This document shows positions 1 through 10,158 of a DNA stretch of 64,000 bases, one piece after another. Under the pieces are notes generated by a model. It did no database searches. It had not been told where the DNA came from and was given only the letters and a program-made list of their open reading frames with translations. The position numbers and the translations under genes are program-made. The stretch lies in the NCBI GenBank assembly GCA_964480955.1, contig CAYZRW010000001.1, positions 49,650-113,649 on the forward strand. The letters run 5' to 3'. Numbering within the stretch: the first letter of the stretch is position 1; every line of letters begins with the position of its first letter. The DNA comes from an uncultured Candidatus Bathyarchaeia archaeon (GTDB lineage Archaea; Thermoproteota; Bathyarchaeia; 40CM-2-53-6; RBG-13-38-9).

Positions 1-1240
1 CGTCATCGTTGGCTGCCCTGGTCTCCTCGGGCACTCCAAGTAGGCACTCCCTTGCCCGGTCGAAGACCGCCCTCAAGGCCTCCTGTGCTTTCTCTTTGGA
101 GTCGGCGACCAGGACTACGGCGTCCCCTCCTGATGCGTTCAGTCTCTCCCTGAGTTCCTGCACCTCCCTCTGTGATACTCCGTAGTTGGGTAACTCGTCG
201 GTGTGGAAGATTCCGCCGACCCCTCCCCAGAAGATTGCTCGCTGAGCCATCTCGGTACCCAGTCTGACTCCTTTGTGAAGTTCCATGCCTACGAGGCCCC
301 CAAACTTCGGGAGCAGGGCTGCGAGGACGACTCCACCCCTCTTGAGGGCGGCGGTCAGCACCTTGGACTCTGTCTCTGCAAAGGGGCTGGATACATCGTG
401 GAATTCTTCTCTCAGATCTTCCTCTTCGAGGCCTCTGGCTTCGAGTTCTCTTCTTATCTTCAAGAGAGAGATTTGCCTAGCCACCTCACCCTCAACTATC
501 TCTGCAATGAGGTTGAGTCTCTGTACGCCTTTGATCTCCACCAGCGCCCCTTGCCTGGTTGAGACGTTGAGGTCCTGCCTTATCGTTCCAATACCCCTCT
601 TCACCCTCCTTGTGGCCCTGAGCAGTCTGCCTATTTCTAGAGCGACCTCCTCAGCCTCTTGGGGCGACCGGATCGAGGGTGCGGTCGCTATCTCGATTAG
701 GGGTATTCCAAGTCTGTCTATGCTGTAGTTTGAGGTCTGTTCAGTCTCCCCAGTCTTTCTGGCGGCGTCCTCCTCAACACTTACGTGTTGAATCCCTATC
801 TTCTCCCTTCCTACGGACCCGCCCAGTGAGACCACGCAAGTTCTCTGGAACCCGGTTGTGTTTGAGCCGTCTATGACTATCTTCCTCATCACGTGGATCT
901 CGTCGACCGGCTTTGAATTCATGAGGAGGGATACTGTGAGAGCGGTGTCTATCGCCTCCTCATTCAGCCTATGAGGCGGCTCTTCATCCATCTCAACAAG
1001 ACATGAGGTGTCGCTTGAGGCCTCATACTCTATCTTTCTTCCTTTCTTGAACTCGAAGAGAGCCGCCTGATCGACCTGACCAAGCTCGCTCTGGGTGGGC
1101 CTCAGTATACGAATGAATCTTACACCTGGCCGTTCTGAGAGCCTGGTTGGGCAACCGCAGAAGAGCTTATGTTCTGTGTCTAGCTGCTGATGAATCTCCA
1201 GCCCAACCCTCAGCCCAATCTCTTGATAATCAAGATTCAC
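1..1240 (-). CDS. gatE: Glu-tRNA(Gln) amidotransferase subunit E (GatE); the C-terminal ~200 aa lie beyond the window start
   Basis: Minus-strand translation from GTG at 1240 reads VNLDYQEIGLRVGLEIHQQLDTEHKLFCGCPTRLSE...MRKIVIDGSNTTGFQRT, the canonical GatE/GatB-type N-terminus. The GTG overlaps the gatD stop (GTGA). The frame has no stop called down to position 1. Plus-strand ORFs 203..876 are antisense artefacts. Confidence 0.8.
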   Translation of the reverse strand, partial: MNLDYQEIGLRVGLEIHQQLDTEHKLFCGCPTRLSERPGVRFIRILRPTQSELGQVDQAALFEFKKGRKIEYEASSDTSCLVEMDEEPPHRLNEEAIDTALTVSLLMNSKPVDEIHVMRKIVIDGSNTTGFQRTCVVSLGGSVGREKIGIQHVSVEEDAARKTGETEQTSNYSIDRLGIPLIEIATAPSIRSPQEAEEVALEIGRLLRATRRVKRGIGTIRQDLNVSTRQGALVEIKGVQRLNLIAEIVEGEVARQISLLKIRRELEARGLEEEDLREEFHDVSSPFAETESKVLTAALKRGGVVLAALLPKFGGLVGMELHKGVRLGTEMAQRAIFWGGVGGIFHTDELPNYGVSQREVQELRERLNASGGDAVVLVADSKEKAQEALRAVFDRARECLLGVPEETRAANDD

Positions 1241-2580
1241 CAATTCGAATCATCAGGCACAGTTCTCTCAGAGATCTCTCCCGCAACATTCGTTGTCAGA
1301 ATGCTCTTGGCTTCGCCTGGATCTCTGGTTTGACCGAGCGCCCACATCATCTTGACAAGTGCTGTTTCGGGAAGCATGTCCTCTAGAGGCACAACACCGA
1401 GACTCAGTAGGTCACGGCCTGTTGTATAGACATTCATGTCTATCCTACCCCATATACACTGGGAGGTCATACCGAGAAGTATGCCTGCATCTACTGCCTT
1501 TCTTATCGAGCCTTGAAGAGTCCTGCTTACGTGACCCAGACCCGTGCCCTCAATTACTATTCCAGAGTATTCCTTGTCGATAGCCCATTCGATTATGCCG
1601 CTGCTCATACCAGGATAGAACTTCGTCAATAAGACCTTCTCGTTGAAGTCTGCCTTCAATTCAAGTTTCTTGTTAGGGTCGCGTTTGAGATAGTCGGAAG
1701 AAACCATCTCGAGCATTGCTCTTTGCAGGTCATATTTGGCAAGTGGAAGAGAATTTATGGATCTGAATGCGTACCGTCCGCTTGTGTGGCATTTCCTTAC
1801 TCTTGTACCTCTGTGGACCGTTATCGTCTTATCTGACGAATCGCTGTGCATCGCAACAGCAACTTCGGCGAAGGGGGCCTTCGAAGCCACGGCGACTGCT
1901 CCCAAGAGATTGGTAGCGGCGTCTGAGCTCGGTCTATCTGAAGACCTCTGGGACCCAACCAGAATCACAGGGACTGGAAGGCCTCTGAGTGCAAAGCTTA
2001 GGGCTGCTGAAGTGTAGGTCATCGTGTCCGTCCCGTGGCAGACTACTACACCATCAGTTCCGGACTTTACTACCTCCAGTATCTTGTTGGCCATTCCGAC
2101 CCAGTGTTTGGGCGTAATGTTCTCGCTCAACTCACTGTATAGGATGTGAGCGTTTATGTTGGCTATCTCAGAGAGTTCTGGAACCGTGCTGTATAGGTCG
2201 GCGGCTGAGAGGGCTGGTTCAACCGCCCCTGTCCTGTAGTCGACCCTACTCGCTATCGTTCCCCCCGTACTGATTATGTCAACCCTCTCAAGGTCTCTTC
2301 TGCTTGCTGGTTGTTGGGGGCTGGTGAAGGTGGGCTTGGCCCCAACCCCGATCTTCTCGATCTTGCTGTCTCGAGTTATCTTGACGCCGACGTTGTATCC
2401 GCTTCCAAGCTTTATGACTACGTGTAGGTCATCTCCTAACTCAGACCTAGGCATCAAACCTCCTTCGTAGGTCTCTCCGTCTCTGATTATCCTTATCTTG
2501 TCACCGACAGAGACATTTGCGCTGCTGAGAATCTCGTATGCTCTGCCCTTGTAGCCTTCCAGTTCCCCTGTCGATTTCAA
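1237..2580 (-). CDS. gatD: Glu-tRNA(Gln) amidotransferase subunit D (GatD), asparaginase-like
   Basis: 447 aa with an asparaginase-type fold (IISTGGTIAS...HGTDTM...VILVGSQRSSD) and an N-terminal GatD-specific domain. It lies immediately upstream of gatE with a 4-nt overlap. Confidence 0.85.
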   Translation of the reverse strand: MKSTGELEGYKGRAYEILSSANVSVGDKIRIIRDGETYEGGLMPRSELGDDLHVVIKLGSGYNVGVKITRDSKIEKIGVGAKPTFTSPQQPASRRDLERVDIISTGGTIASRVDYRTGAVEPALSAADLYSTVPELSEIANINAHILYSELSENITPKHWVGMANKILEVVKSGTDGVVVCHGTDTMTYTSAALSFALRGLPVPVILVGSQRSSDRPSSDAATNLLGAVAVASKAPFAEVAVAMHSDSSDKTITVHRGTRVRKCHTSGRYAFRSINSLPLAKYDLQRAMLEMVSSDYLKRDPNKKLELKADFNEKVLLTKFYPGMSSGIIEWAIDKEYSGIVIEGTGLGHVSRTLQGSIRKAVDAGILLGMTSQCIWGRIDMNVYTTGRDLLSLGVVPLEDMLPETALVKMMWALGQTRDPGEAKSILTTNVAGEISERTVPDDSNW

Positions 2581-4223
2581 GACTCCAATTTCACTCCGCT
2601 ATCAGGGTGAGAGGCATATCGAGGGCTCGGATCATCAAACCTCTTTGACATGTATGGTCCCTCTAGGCCGTATCCGAACCTCATAAAGTATCTTCTTGAA
2701 CCGAGCGCACTGGTTACGAGAATCTTCTTGCAGTCGTACTCGTTCCACGCTATCTCCTCTGCCTCACTGAGCAGACCGGCCCCGAAACCTCTGTGCTGCC
2801 ACATTTCTGGATTGGACTCTCCTACTGGAACTAGGGGTCCTAGGACATGAATCTCCCTAATCAGGCCGGCTCTTCCTTCAGCAACCTCTCTTCTATGAGC
2901 CCTCTCCGAAGGGATTCGTAGCCTAGCATATCCAACCAGACACTCAGAGGCCGGGTCCTCTACTGAAATGAAGACCTCAACACCTCCGGAGGCCTCATAA
3001 GTTCTGGTCGTCAACTTCAGGTCATCCATTTGGGGGGGTCTCTCTCGCCTCAACAGTCTGTGGCCAACCTCCCTGCACCTGATACATCTACACTCGAGAC
3101 CTTCCCGACGCATCCTGTTGAGGACAATCTCACGAAGGTTTCCCTTCTTGACACCTGCAACTATCAAGTAGGCCGGGATATCCCTCTGTATCCGCATAAT
3201 CCTGACCCAAGGCGGAACCATCTTCTTGATCATGCTCAAGAGTTCAACCGTCTGGTCCAGCTCGTAAGGTTTGAACCACCCTCGTACCCACCAGTCATAG
3301 AGTTTAGTTCCCCTCAGCACTAGACACGGGTATATCTTCAGCATATCCGGCTTGAGGTCTGGGTCGGTGAAGAGTCTCTCGAAGGCTTCAAAGTCCCTCT
3401 CGGGACTGGAGCCCGGCAGGCCGGGCATCATGTGGGCGACAATCTTCAAACCTGAATCCTTGAGTGTCTGGAATGACTTTACAACCTCTCCTACGTGATG
3501 GCCCCTGTCAACTAGACTGTAGATGTCGTCGTAGAGGTTCTGGACCCCAACCTCAACCCTAGTCACGCCCATCGACAACATATTATCAACATCATGTTCA
3601 GCGGCACAGTCCGGCCTGGTCTCCACCGTGATTCCAACATTCCGATTCATGCTCCAAGTCGCGTTCTCCATAGCCTCTTCCAGAGAGCTTGAAGGATGAT
3701 CCGTTATGGCGTCAAGACACCGTTTGATGAACGCCCTCTGATACTCGATTGGGGAGGCTGGGAAGGTTCCTCCCTGAATTATCAGTTCAATCTTGTTGAT
3801 GGTGTGGCCGATAGCTTTGAGCTGACTCAATCTGCTCCTGACTTGGAGGAATGGGTCGAACAGGTTCTGTATTCCCCTCATCGCGGCAGGCTCTCTTCCA
3901 GTGTAGCTTGAGGGCACACCCTGCTCATGTGGACAGTAGGCGCACCTGCCGTGAGGGCAGTCCCTAGGTTGACTCATGACCGAGACGATGTTTACTCCAG
4001 ATATGCTCCTCACTCGCTTAAGCTGGAGGGTGGAGGTCAGGGTGGCCCTATCCGCTTGGTGTGCTAGGGAGAGTATCTCTGAGTTTCTTGGTAGAGATGT
4101 CGTGTGGAAACGCCTGCTCGACTTGAGTTTCAGTCTGTTGATGTCTACAGTCTCCTCTGAGTCTTCCATCAATCTGCTCAGCACTTCGCGGCAGACCGCT
4201 TTGTAGGCCTCAGACTCCTTCAT
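2577..4223 (-). CDS. elp3: Elongator complex protein 3 homologue (tRNA U34 carboxymethyl-modification enzyme): radical SAM domain plus GNAT acetyltransferase domain
   Basis: 548 aa. It has a CPHGRCAYC radical-SAM cysteine cluster, a central Elp3 core, and a C-terminal GNAT domain (HRGFGAGLL). An ATGA overlap couples it to gatD. Confidence 0.85.
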   Translation of the reverse strand: MKESEAYKAVCREVLSRLMEDSEETVDINRLKLKSSRRFHTTSLPRNSEILSLAHQADRATLTSTLQLKRVRSISGVNIVSVMSQPRDCPHGRCAYCPHEQGVPSSYTGREPAAMRGIQNLFDPFLQVRSRLSQLKAIGHTINKIELIIQGGTFPASPIEYQRAFIKRCLDAITDHPSSSLEEAMENATWSMNRNVGITVETRPDCAAEHDVDNMLSMGVTRVEVGVQNLYDDIYSLVDRGHHVGEVVKSFQTLKDSGLKIVAHMMPGLPGSSPERDFEAFERLFTDPDLKPDMLKIYPCLVLRGTKLYDWWVRGWFKPYELDQTVELLSMIKKMVPPWVRIMRIQRDIPAYLIVAGVKKGNLREIVLNRMRREGLECRCIRCREVGHRLLRRERPPQMDDLKLTTRTYEASGGVEVFISVEDPASECLVGYARLRIPSERAHRREVAEGRAGLIREIHVLGPLVPVGESNPEMWQHRGFGAGLLSEAEEIAWNEYDCKKILVTSALGSRRYFMRFGYGLEGPYMSKRFDDPSPRYASHPDSGVKLES

Positions 4224-4312
4224 TGATCTCGGCGGCCATCCTCGGTGTTCAGCGAGTTTAATTCTTCCCTGCTGTATTAAAGATAGATGTGTAGTCGAAG
4301 TGTGACTGCGAT

Positions 4313-5440
4313 GTGGAGTGTATTGGTGTGAGGAGGTCTGGTTTCGCCACCCTCAGGCTTCATGGAGGCAAAGCTCCCGCGTGGCTTGTTGTCAGGATGA
4401 CTCGGCTCTCCGCGGCTATGTTTGAAGCAATGGCCGACATCTGTTGCCCAAGAAAGATCCTGGCCAGACTCTCGGACCCCTTCTTTTTCCAAGCATGCTC
4501 CAACGTCCTTGGTTTCGACTGGGACAGCAGCGGCTCAACAACAGTCACCTGCGGTGTCATGAAAGAAGCCCTTGACCGGATCGATATCGGGGTCAAGGCT
4601 GTTGGTGGAAAGGGGAGAAATTCAAAGGTTTCCTGTGAGATCTCCAAGTTGGGGAAGTCCCTAGACTTATCGGATGAAGAGGTCTTGAAGATAGGCTACG
4701 GCAGCAGGATCTCAGCCAAGGTTGATACAGCAGCCATACAGGCGGGCTACAGCCTTTACCATCACACGGTATTCGCAGAGGAGGGAGGAGGCTGGGTAGT
4801 GGTTCAGCAAGGAATGAGGCCACAGGAGCGCTTGGCCAGGAGGTACCACTGGTTTTCTGAAGAGGTGGAGGACTTCGTCGTTGAGCCCCATAAGGCAATA
4901 GTTGGCATCAGACATGACGCTGTCTTGGATATGACGGCAAGAGAGAGCGATGGTTCAAGGAAGGCATGTGTGGACTTGGTTCATGAGGGGACTGGGAGGT
5001 TGAGGCGACTCTTCAAATCCATAGAGAACAAAGCACAGCCTTCGCTGGAGAGGTGGCTGGGTTGTGAGGTTTACCAAGAGGCGAGGTCCTACGCTGTCCC
5101 CTCCAGAGTGAATTGGGAAGCCCTTGAGAGGATCTACCTTAACCCTCCGTCCAACTTTGAGGGTTTGATCGCGTTTGCGGGTGTAGGGCCCGCTACGATT
5201 CGCGGTCTAGCTTTGGTGGCTGAACTGGTCTTCGGTGAGGAACCTAGCTGGAGAGACCCGGTGAAGTATTCCTTCGCGTTTGGAGGCAAGGACGGTGTTC
5301 CTTTTCCAGTCGACAGAAAAGCTATGGATGAGGCTACAGAAGTGCTTGAGTCAGCGTTGGAATCGTCGGAGATTGGTGATAGAGAGAAGCTTGAGGCACT
5401 TGCTAGGCTTCGACACTTCAGACCAGGGGATTGCGAGTGA
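4313..5440 (+). CDS. DUF763-family conserved archaeal protein
   Basis: 375 aa. The N-terminus (LRLHGGKAPAWLV...LARLSDPFFFQA...GFDWDSSGSTTV...GGKG) matches my recollection of the DUF763 signature. Function is unknown. Confidence 0.5.
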   Translation: MECIGVRRSGFATLRLHGGKAPAWLVVRMTRLSAAMFEAMADICCPRKILARLSDPFFFQACSNVLGFDWDSSGSTTVTCGVMKEALDRIDIGVKAVGGKGRNSKVSCEISKLGKSLDLSDEEVLKIGYGSRISAKVDTAAIQAGYSLYHHTVFAEEGGGWVVVQQGMRPQERLARRYHWFSEEVEDFVVEPHKAIVGIRHDAVLDMTARESDGSRKACVDLVHEGTGRLRRLFKSIENKAQPSLERWLGCEVYQEARSYAVPSRVNWEALERIYLNPPSNFEGLIAFAGVGPATIRGLALVAELVFGEEPSWRDPVKYSFAFGGKDGVPFPVDRKAMDEATEVLESALESSEIGDREKLEALARLRHFRPGDCE

Positions 5441-5501
5441 CTTATTGAGATAAAGTTTTTATTGCTCTTCGGTTTGGGCTAGGGTTCGTGGGGGTGAGAT
5501 C

Positions 5502-5864
5502 TTGAGATTTGGGCTGGCTGTTGGGTCTCTAGTCTTCATCTTGGGTTTCATTGGGTATCAGGTAGGTTCACACCTCATACCTCAAGAAAGCCGCACAGTA
5601 ACAGACTTCTTGGTATCCCTTCTGCCGGGAGGGATTCCGATAGAGACTCTTGGTCTGGCCTTACAGTTTGGAGGCGGGATAGCTGCAATAGTTGGGTTGG
5701 TTATGTGTTTGGCGTCCTTGTCTAGGTCGGCGGTCAGGCTCCAACCTGTAGGGGTCTCGCGGACCGCCCCAGAGACTGTTGAGGGATCACGCTGCAGGTT
5801 CTGTGGTGGTGCACTTGAGGAAGATGCTGTCTTCTGTCCTGTCTGCGGCAAGTCTCAGAAATAG
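5502..5864 (+). CDS. small membrane protein with a C-terminal Cys4 zinc ribbon
   Basis: 120 aa with two predicted TM helices, then CRFCGG...CPVCG. Confidence 0.4.
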   Translation: MRFGLAVGSLVFILGFIGYQVGSHLIPQESRTVTDFLVSLLPGGIPIETLGLALQFGGGIAAIVGLVMCLASLSRSAVRLQPVGVSRTAPETVEGSRCRFCGGALEEDAVFCPVCGKSQK

Positions 5865-6096
5865 TCTAGTAGCGTCTTCGACTTCCCATCCAGTTCTGTC
5901 CGACCTTCCTACCTAAGATGAACCTCTTGACGTGTATCCTTCTGAATCTTAATCTCGGCGGGGCAGACCTGTGTGGGGATGCCTGAATCTTAGGTGTCTG
6001 GCTTCTGACCTTCCCAGCCTTTGTCAGTGAACCGTGTGTCGGCATCCTAATCGACCTTGAAGATACTTTTCGGGTTGAACGATTTAAAGGTGTCCT

Positions 6097-6933
6097 CTAG
6101 ACTGGAACTTGTCTGCCTGAGTGGTCCCTCTTGGTGACACTGAGTTCCTTCAGGTTCCTCAAGATTTCGTCATCGAAGACAGGGCCGTCCCTGCAGACTC
6201 TGTGGGAATCTATGACGCAGCTCCCACATATCCCCACGCCGCACTTCATGATTCTCTCAAGACTGGCCTGAACCGGAATCGAGTACTCTGAACCTAGCTC
6301 CACCACTCGCTTTATCATCGCCTCCGGACCGCATGTATAGATGACGTCGTAATCATTCTCCTTGAGTTCAGCCTCAGCAACCTCTGAGGCCAAGCCTTTA
6401 ACCCCGTAAGCCCCGTCCTCGGTCACAGGGATCACTTTGCCTCCCACGTATTCAGAGTTGATTCTGTGTCGGTCCAGAAAGAGGAGTTCGCCCGTGACTG
6501 GGGCTCCAATAATCGCCGTGAACTCCCAGCCACTCCCCGCCAGTAGATCTGAGAGGGGCCCTAGGGGCGCTCCTCCAGCCCCTCCTGCAACGATGAGGGC
6601 CCTCTTACCATCAGTCAGGGTGAATCCTCTGCCGTAGGGACCTCTCACCCCCAGGGGTTGCCCCATCCTTCTGTAGTATAATGCTCCGGTTGCAGGCCCA
6701 ACCATCTTAACCGAGACTGCGGCGAGATCGTCCTGCAACATGTATGAGATACTCATCGGTATCTCGTCCAGACCGGGAATCCAGACCATCAAGAACTGTC
6801 CGGGCTCGGCTTTGGAGGAGGGTTCATCCCTGAAGTAGATGGACTTGATCGTCGCCGTCTCGACTACACCTTTTTGGATCCTTACAATCCTTGGGCTGTG
6901 AGCAATTCTCTCTTTGCGTGGTTCTGATGACAT
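6097..6933 (-). CDS. PyrK-like FAD/NAD(P)-binding oxidoreductase (dihydroorotate dehydrogenase electron-transfer subunit / FNR-like) with a C-terminal 2Fe-2S Cys cluster
   Basis: Motifs: GQFLMVWIPG, GGAGGAPL, and C-terminal CGVGICGSC...C. The start is taken at the internal ATG (6933) because the longer ORF would overlap herA. No pyrD partner is adjacent. Confidence 0.55.
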   Translation of the reverse strand: MSSEPRKERIAHSPRIVRIQKGVVETATIKSIYFRDEPSSKAEPGQFLMVWIPGLDEIPMSISYMLQDDLAAVSVKMVGPATGALYYRRMGQPLGVRGPYGRGFTLTDGKRALIVAGGAGGAPLGPLSDLLAGSGWEFTAIIGAPVTGELLFLDRHRINSEYVGGKVIPVTEDGAYGVKGLASEVAEAELKENDYDVIYTCGPEAMIKRVVELGSEYSIPVQASLERIMKCGVGICGSCVIDSHRVCRDGPVFDDEILRNLKELSVTKRDHSGRQVPV

Positions 6934-6988
6934 ATTCGCCACTATAAACCACAACTGCCTCTGGGTCGACTCTAAAAGCCTTTCTGGG

Positions 6989-8428
6989 TCAATCCTGGAA
7001 GAACTGTCGCGTCTGACCCATCGTCTGAACATTCAGTGGCTCCACATTGACTACCACCGGAAAGTTTCTGACTATGTCGCCAACTACCAGACAGTTGTGG
7101 ACTGGAAGGTCTTTAACGATCAGTCTTAGACTCTCGGCATCTATCTTGGCAACCTTGGAGACAGCGTCCAGGTCGTGTTCGTTTGTAAAGTTGAACATGA
7201 AGATGTTATCGGCTTGCCTGTACACACTCTCCTGGACTGTGTCTGGCTGATTAGTGATGAAGGTTGTGAATACACCCAGATGCCTCATCCTGGTCACTAT
7301 ATCGTCCCAGTAAGTCTCGCGTAGGTAGAAGTGAGCCTCCTCAGCAAAGAGGAAGACTGCTCTGAGCTTCATCTCCGAAAGTTGCTCAGTCAGTTTGCTT
7401 ATGAATAGTTCAACTATCAGTCTTCGACTGATTGAGTGTTCATCCTTCATGTTTATTATGAAGGCTGAACCCTCACTCATCCTCTTCTCGAAGAAGCTGA
7501 AGTCAAAAGCTTGTGAGGGGTCGTCAGTGAAGAGTTCGAGGTCGAGCAGGGTGTTGAATCTTGAGTAGATGGCCTCTCTGACACTCTCATGGCAGCCGAA
7601 TCTCCTGATAGTCTCGTTGAGGGCATTGAGGTTTAGGTTTCCGCTTCTCTCAAGCTCGCTCCAGATTCTGGAGAAGACCTTTGAGGATGTTCTGGGAAGG
7701 TCCAAGGCGTAGATCATGGTGTCAAGGAATGCCCTCAGGCCGACTCCTGCCAGGCTGAATCTCAGGTTTTGGCCTGGCGTCAGGACGAATATCCTCTCAG
7801 CGACCGGATTCGGCTCGTTCCTCTTTCCACGGCCTATATTGACGTATTCACCGTTGATGTCAAGTATGAGGCAGGGAGCTCCATTCTTAACTAGACTCAA
7901 GACTAGCAGCTTTGATAGGTGTGATTTACCAACACCCTTCTTTCCTGTTATGATATTTAGCTTCCCATCTAGCATCTTGACGTCCACTGTCAAGATGTCG
8001 GACCTTGTCCTTCCAAGGGTGACTGGCCGCCTCCCATCTTTTGTGGAAGCCAGCCTCTCGATCGGGTAAGGGACTATGCTTGAGGCTGTTCTTGAGGGGA
8101 GCCACGACGCGTCTTGGCGCGGTCTCCCATCATCGATAGCCCCCCTGATCTTGCATACTAACAGTCTGGTGTCCTTCAGTACCTCGATCTGGGACGAGAC
8201 TCTGAATGGGTCGTAGTCGCATCCTTGAACCGAGTCCTCGGTCATCACGTCTCTTAGGATGTCTTCAAGTATGCCAGGCAGGTTTGCAAACTGAATATCT
8301 ACAACTTGGACTATGAGCCCCTTTCTCAGCTTCTTGTCTTCTATTAGTAGGTAGTCTCCCTTCTGTACAAATTCCTCTGGAGGACAGATTATCTGTATGG
8401 TGTCGCCCTGCTTCTTGTATATCTTCAT
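6989..8428 (-). CDS. herA: HerA-like FtsK/HerA-superfamily ATPase (N-terminal HAS-barrel plus P-loop)
   Basis: 479 aa. N-terminal barrel-like segment (MKIYKKQGDTIQIICPPEEFVQKGDYLLIED...). Walker A is GKKGVGKSH. Walker B-like hhhhEEAH (FLFAEEAH). It follows nurA with zero gap. Confidence 0.7.
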   Translation of the reverse strand: MKIYKKQGDTIQIICPPEEFVQKGDYLLIEDKKLRKGLIVQVVDIQFANLPGILEDILRDVMTEDSVQGCDYDPFRVSSQIEVLKDTRLLVCKIRGAIDDGRPRQDASWLPSRTASSIVPYPIERLASTKDGRRPVTLGRTRSDILTVDVKMLDGKLNIITGKKGVGKSHLSKLLVLSLVKNGAPCLILDINGEYVNIGRGKRNEPNPVAERIFVLTPGQNLRFSLAGVGLRAFLDTMIYALDLPRTSSKVFSRIWSELERSGNLNLNALNETIRRFGCHESVREAIYSRFNTLLDLELFTDDPSQAFDFSFFEKRMSEGSAFIINMKDEHSISRRLIVELFISKLTEQLSEMKLRAVFLFAEEAHFYLRETYWDDIVTRMRHLGVFTTFITNQPDTVQESVYRQADNIFMFNFTNEHDLDAVSKVAKIDAESLRLIVKDLPVHNCLVVGDIVRNFPVVVNVEPLNVQTMGQTRQFFQD

Positions 8429-9595
8429 TCAGGATGCCTCTGTTGATGTGCCGAACGGTCCGAAGAGGGATCTTCTGAAGCTAAACCTTGGTGCCAAGCG
8501 GACGCCATACTCTATAGATAGGTGTCTTTGAATCGCCAGGACCTCGTTTGCTGTGAAGGTTGAGAGGATATGGGCAAGGCGAAGCGTTTCGGGGTAACCT
8601 TGCTCGACGAGGTCTGAATTGATCAGCCGCCCCACGGCAGCTATTCCTGATTCCTCAGGTAGTTGACGGTCGATATCGACTCTGAATGGAAAGCTGATCT
8701 GCGCAAGCTTTGCTACGTAGACTCTACCCATCAACCTTACAGGGGTGGATGGGAACTGGGGTGCTATCAGCCTATCAATGTCGAGTATGCACGGCGGGTC
8801 GGCCTCATCTAGGAGTCTAGTTATCCTCTTTCCTGAGTAGCAGAGTCTGGTCTCCTTGGAGAAGGCTATGACCACGTTGCTGTTCTCTCTCGCCCTGTTG
8901 AGAAGCTCCTCCACGTAGACTGTCGGGTTGTCCGGCGTTCCTGCTGTGAGTGAACCGTCAAGGAGGACTATTCCTTTGGAGAAGCGTGAGCAGGCGATCT
9001 TCTGCATCCACCTCTCAAGTGTATTTCTGAGCCTTGCGAGTACACGTTCAGTCATGGGCGACCATGCGGAATATGTGAGGTCCTCTTTTGCGTATGATCT
9101 CTTGTTGAGAGATCTTGCGATGGCGTCGTTTACGTGGAAGGTTAAGGGTCCACATCTTGTGAAATTGTAGCTTGAGCCTTCCCTCCAGACCAAAGCTCCC
9201 CTTAGTGAGTAGAGGAGGCCCTGTTCGGACTCACCGACCCTTATGCTTGAGACGTCGACTGCCACAACGGAACAGTTGCCTAGAGTGGCCGGAATGGGCG
9301 TGGGTTTGCTGAGCATCGGTGTGTCTTTGAGGTTTATCGCCGGGTCTTCGTCAATTTCCTCTTCGAGGCTTATCTCTGCCGTCGAGAGTTCTCGGGGTTC
9401 AAAACTTCCTCCATTTATGGTTCTCATCGATTCGCTGCTCAGGTCTAGCAGGAAATCTGGGAGTAGGGTTGTCTTGGAATCCTCCAAGAGTAACCTACTT
9501 ATCTTTGAATGTTCAAATTCTATTCCTTGGGTGCGGTGGGTCAATTTACTTCCCCCCAGTAGGAGTTTTCCCCCAAACTCCTGCGGCCGCCGCAC
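8429..9595 (-). CDS. nurA: NurA-domain 5'-3' nuclease
   Basis: 388 aa. NurA motifs: VVAVDVSS (motif I Asp), IVLLDGSL (DGS motif), and the C-terminal GYPETLRLAHILSTF, matching the conserved GYP..L..AH..F of NurA. Confidence 0.7.
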   Translation of the reverse strand: MRRPQEFGGKLLLGGSKLTHRTQGIEFEHSKISRLLLEDSKTTLLPDFLLDLSSESMRTINGGSFEPRELSTAEISLEEEIDEDPAINLKDTPMLSKPTPIPATLGNCSVVAVDVSSIRVGESEQGLLYSLRGALVWREGSSYNFTRCGPLTFHVNDAIARSLNKRSYAKEDLTYSAWSPMTERVLARLRNTLERWMQKIACSRFSKGIVLLDGSLTAGTPDNPTVYVEELLNRARENSNVVIAFSKETRLCYSGKRITRLLDEADPPCILDIDRLIAPQFPSTPVRLMGRVYVAKLAQISFPFRVDIDRQLPEESGIAAVGRLINSDLVEQGYPETLRLAHILSTFTANEVLAIQRHLSIEYGVRLAPRFSFRRSLFGPFGTSTEAS

Positions 9596-9614
9596 CTACT
9601 TGCGGTTGCCACAG

Positions 9615-10148
9615 TTACTTGTCAGGTTCTCGATTGCCTCCTGAGTCTTCGTTCCCCACATCCCTTAGAGTCTTGAGGGTCTCTTGGACCTCTCTGGTTC
9701 CGGCTAAGGTGAGTCTGTAGCTACCTTTTCCTACACGCTCAACGATGCCAGCCTTGCTCATCTCTGTGAGGGTGTTCTGGACGGTCTTTTGGGCCTTGCC
9801 TATGACCCTAGCAATCTCCTCCACCCGTGCCTCGTCGCTCGTCCTCTTTCCAAGTTTGAACGCTATCTGCATAGCGAGCAGGATCGCTCCGGCGGCCTCA
9901 TCTGTGGAGAGGTCTGACCGGAGAAGTATCGGTTGACCTTCAAGTGTCAGGTTCACAAATGTTGAGGTCTCCTCTAGGAGTGAGAGGTAGTCTGGGTTGT
10001 AGACAAGTCTTGAGGCGACGTCATAGGCTGGGTAGATCTCTGAGATATATTGATTTATAGCCTTCAAGACCTGTTCGGGTTCGCCCTCTATTGTATGTTT
10101 GAGGTCTCCGTGTTCTATCTGGACTCTCAACTTCGAATCTCGACTCAT
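9615..10148 (-). CDS. paralogue 1 of a tandem family: N-terminal beta-rich domain plus C-terminal winged helix
   Basis: 177 aa from the internal ATG (MSRDSKLRVQIEHGDLKHTIEG...), which has GAGGA 7 nt upstream and avoids overlap with paralogue 2. C-terminal GIVERVGKGSYRLTLAGTREV. It sits 20 nt upstream of nurA. Confidence 0.55.
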   Translation of the reverse strand: MSRDSKLRVQIEHGDLKHTIEGEPEQVLKAINQYISEIYPAYDVASRLVYNPDYLSLLEETSTFVNLTLEGQPILLRSDLSTDEAAGAILLAMQIAFKLGKRTSDEARVEEIARVIGKAQKTVQNTLTEMSKAGIVERVGKGSYRLTLAGTREVQETLKTLRDVGNEDSGGNREPDK

Positions 10149-10158
10149 CTTTTCTTCC

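Noticed and set aside
203-876. Plus-strand ORFs 203..562, 285..728 and 679..876
   Set aside because: They lie antisense to the clearly recognisable gatE coding sequence on the minus strand and are low-complexity, Ser/Pro/Arg-rich. They are artefacts.
6934-7032. N-terminal 33 codons of ORF 6097..7032
   Set aside because: They would overlap the 3' end of herA. The conserved PyrK-like sequence starts after the internal ATG at 6933.
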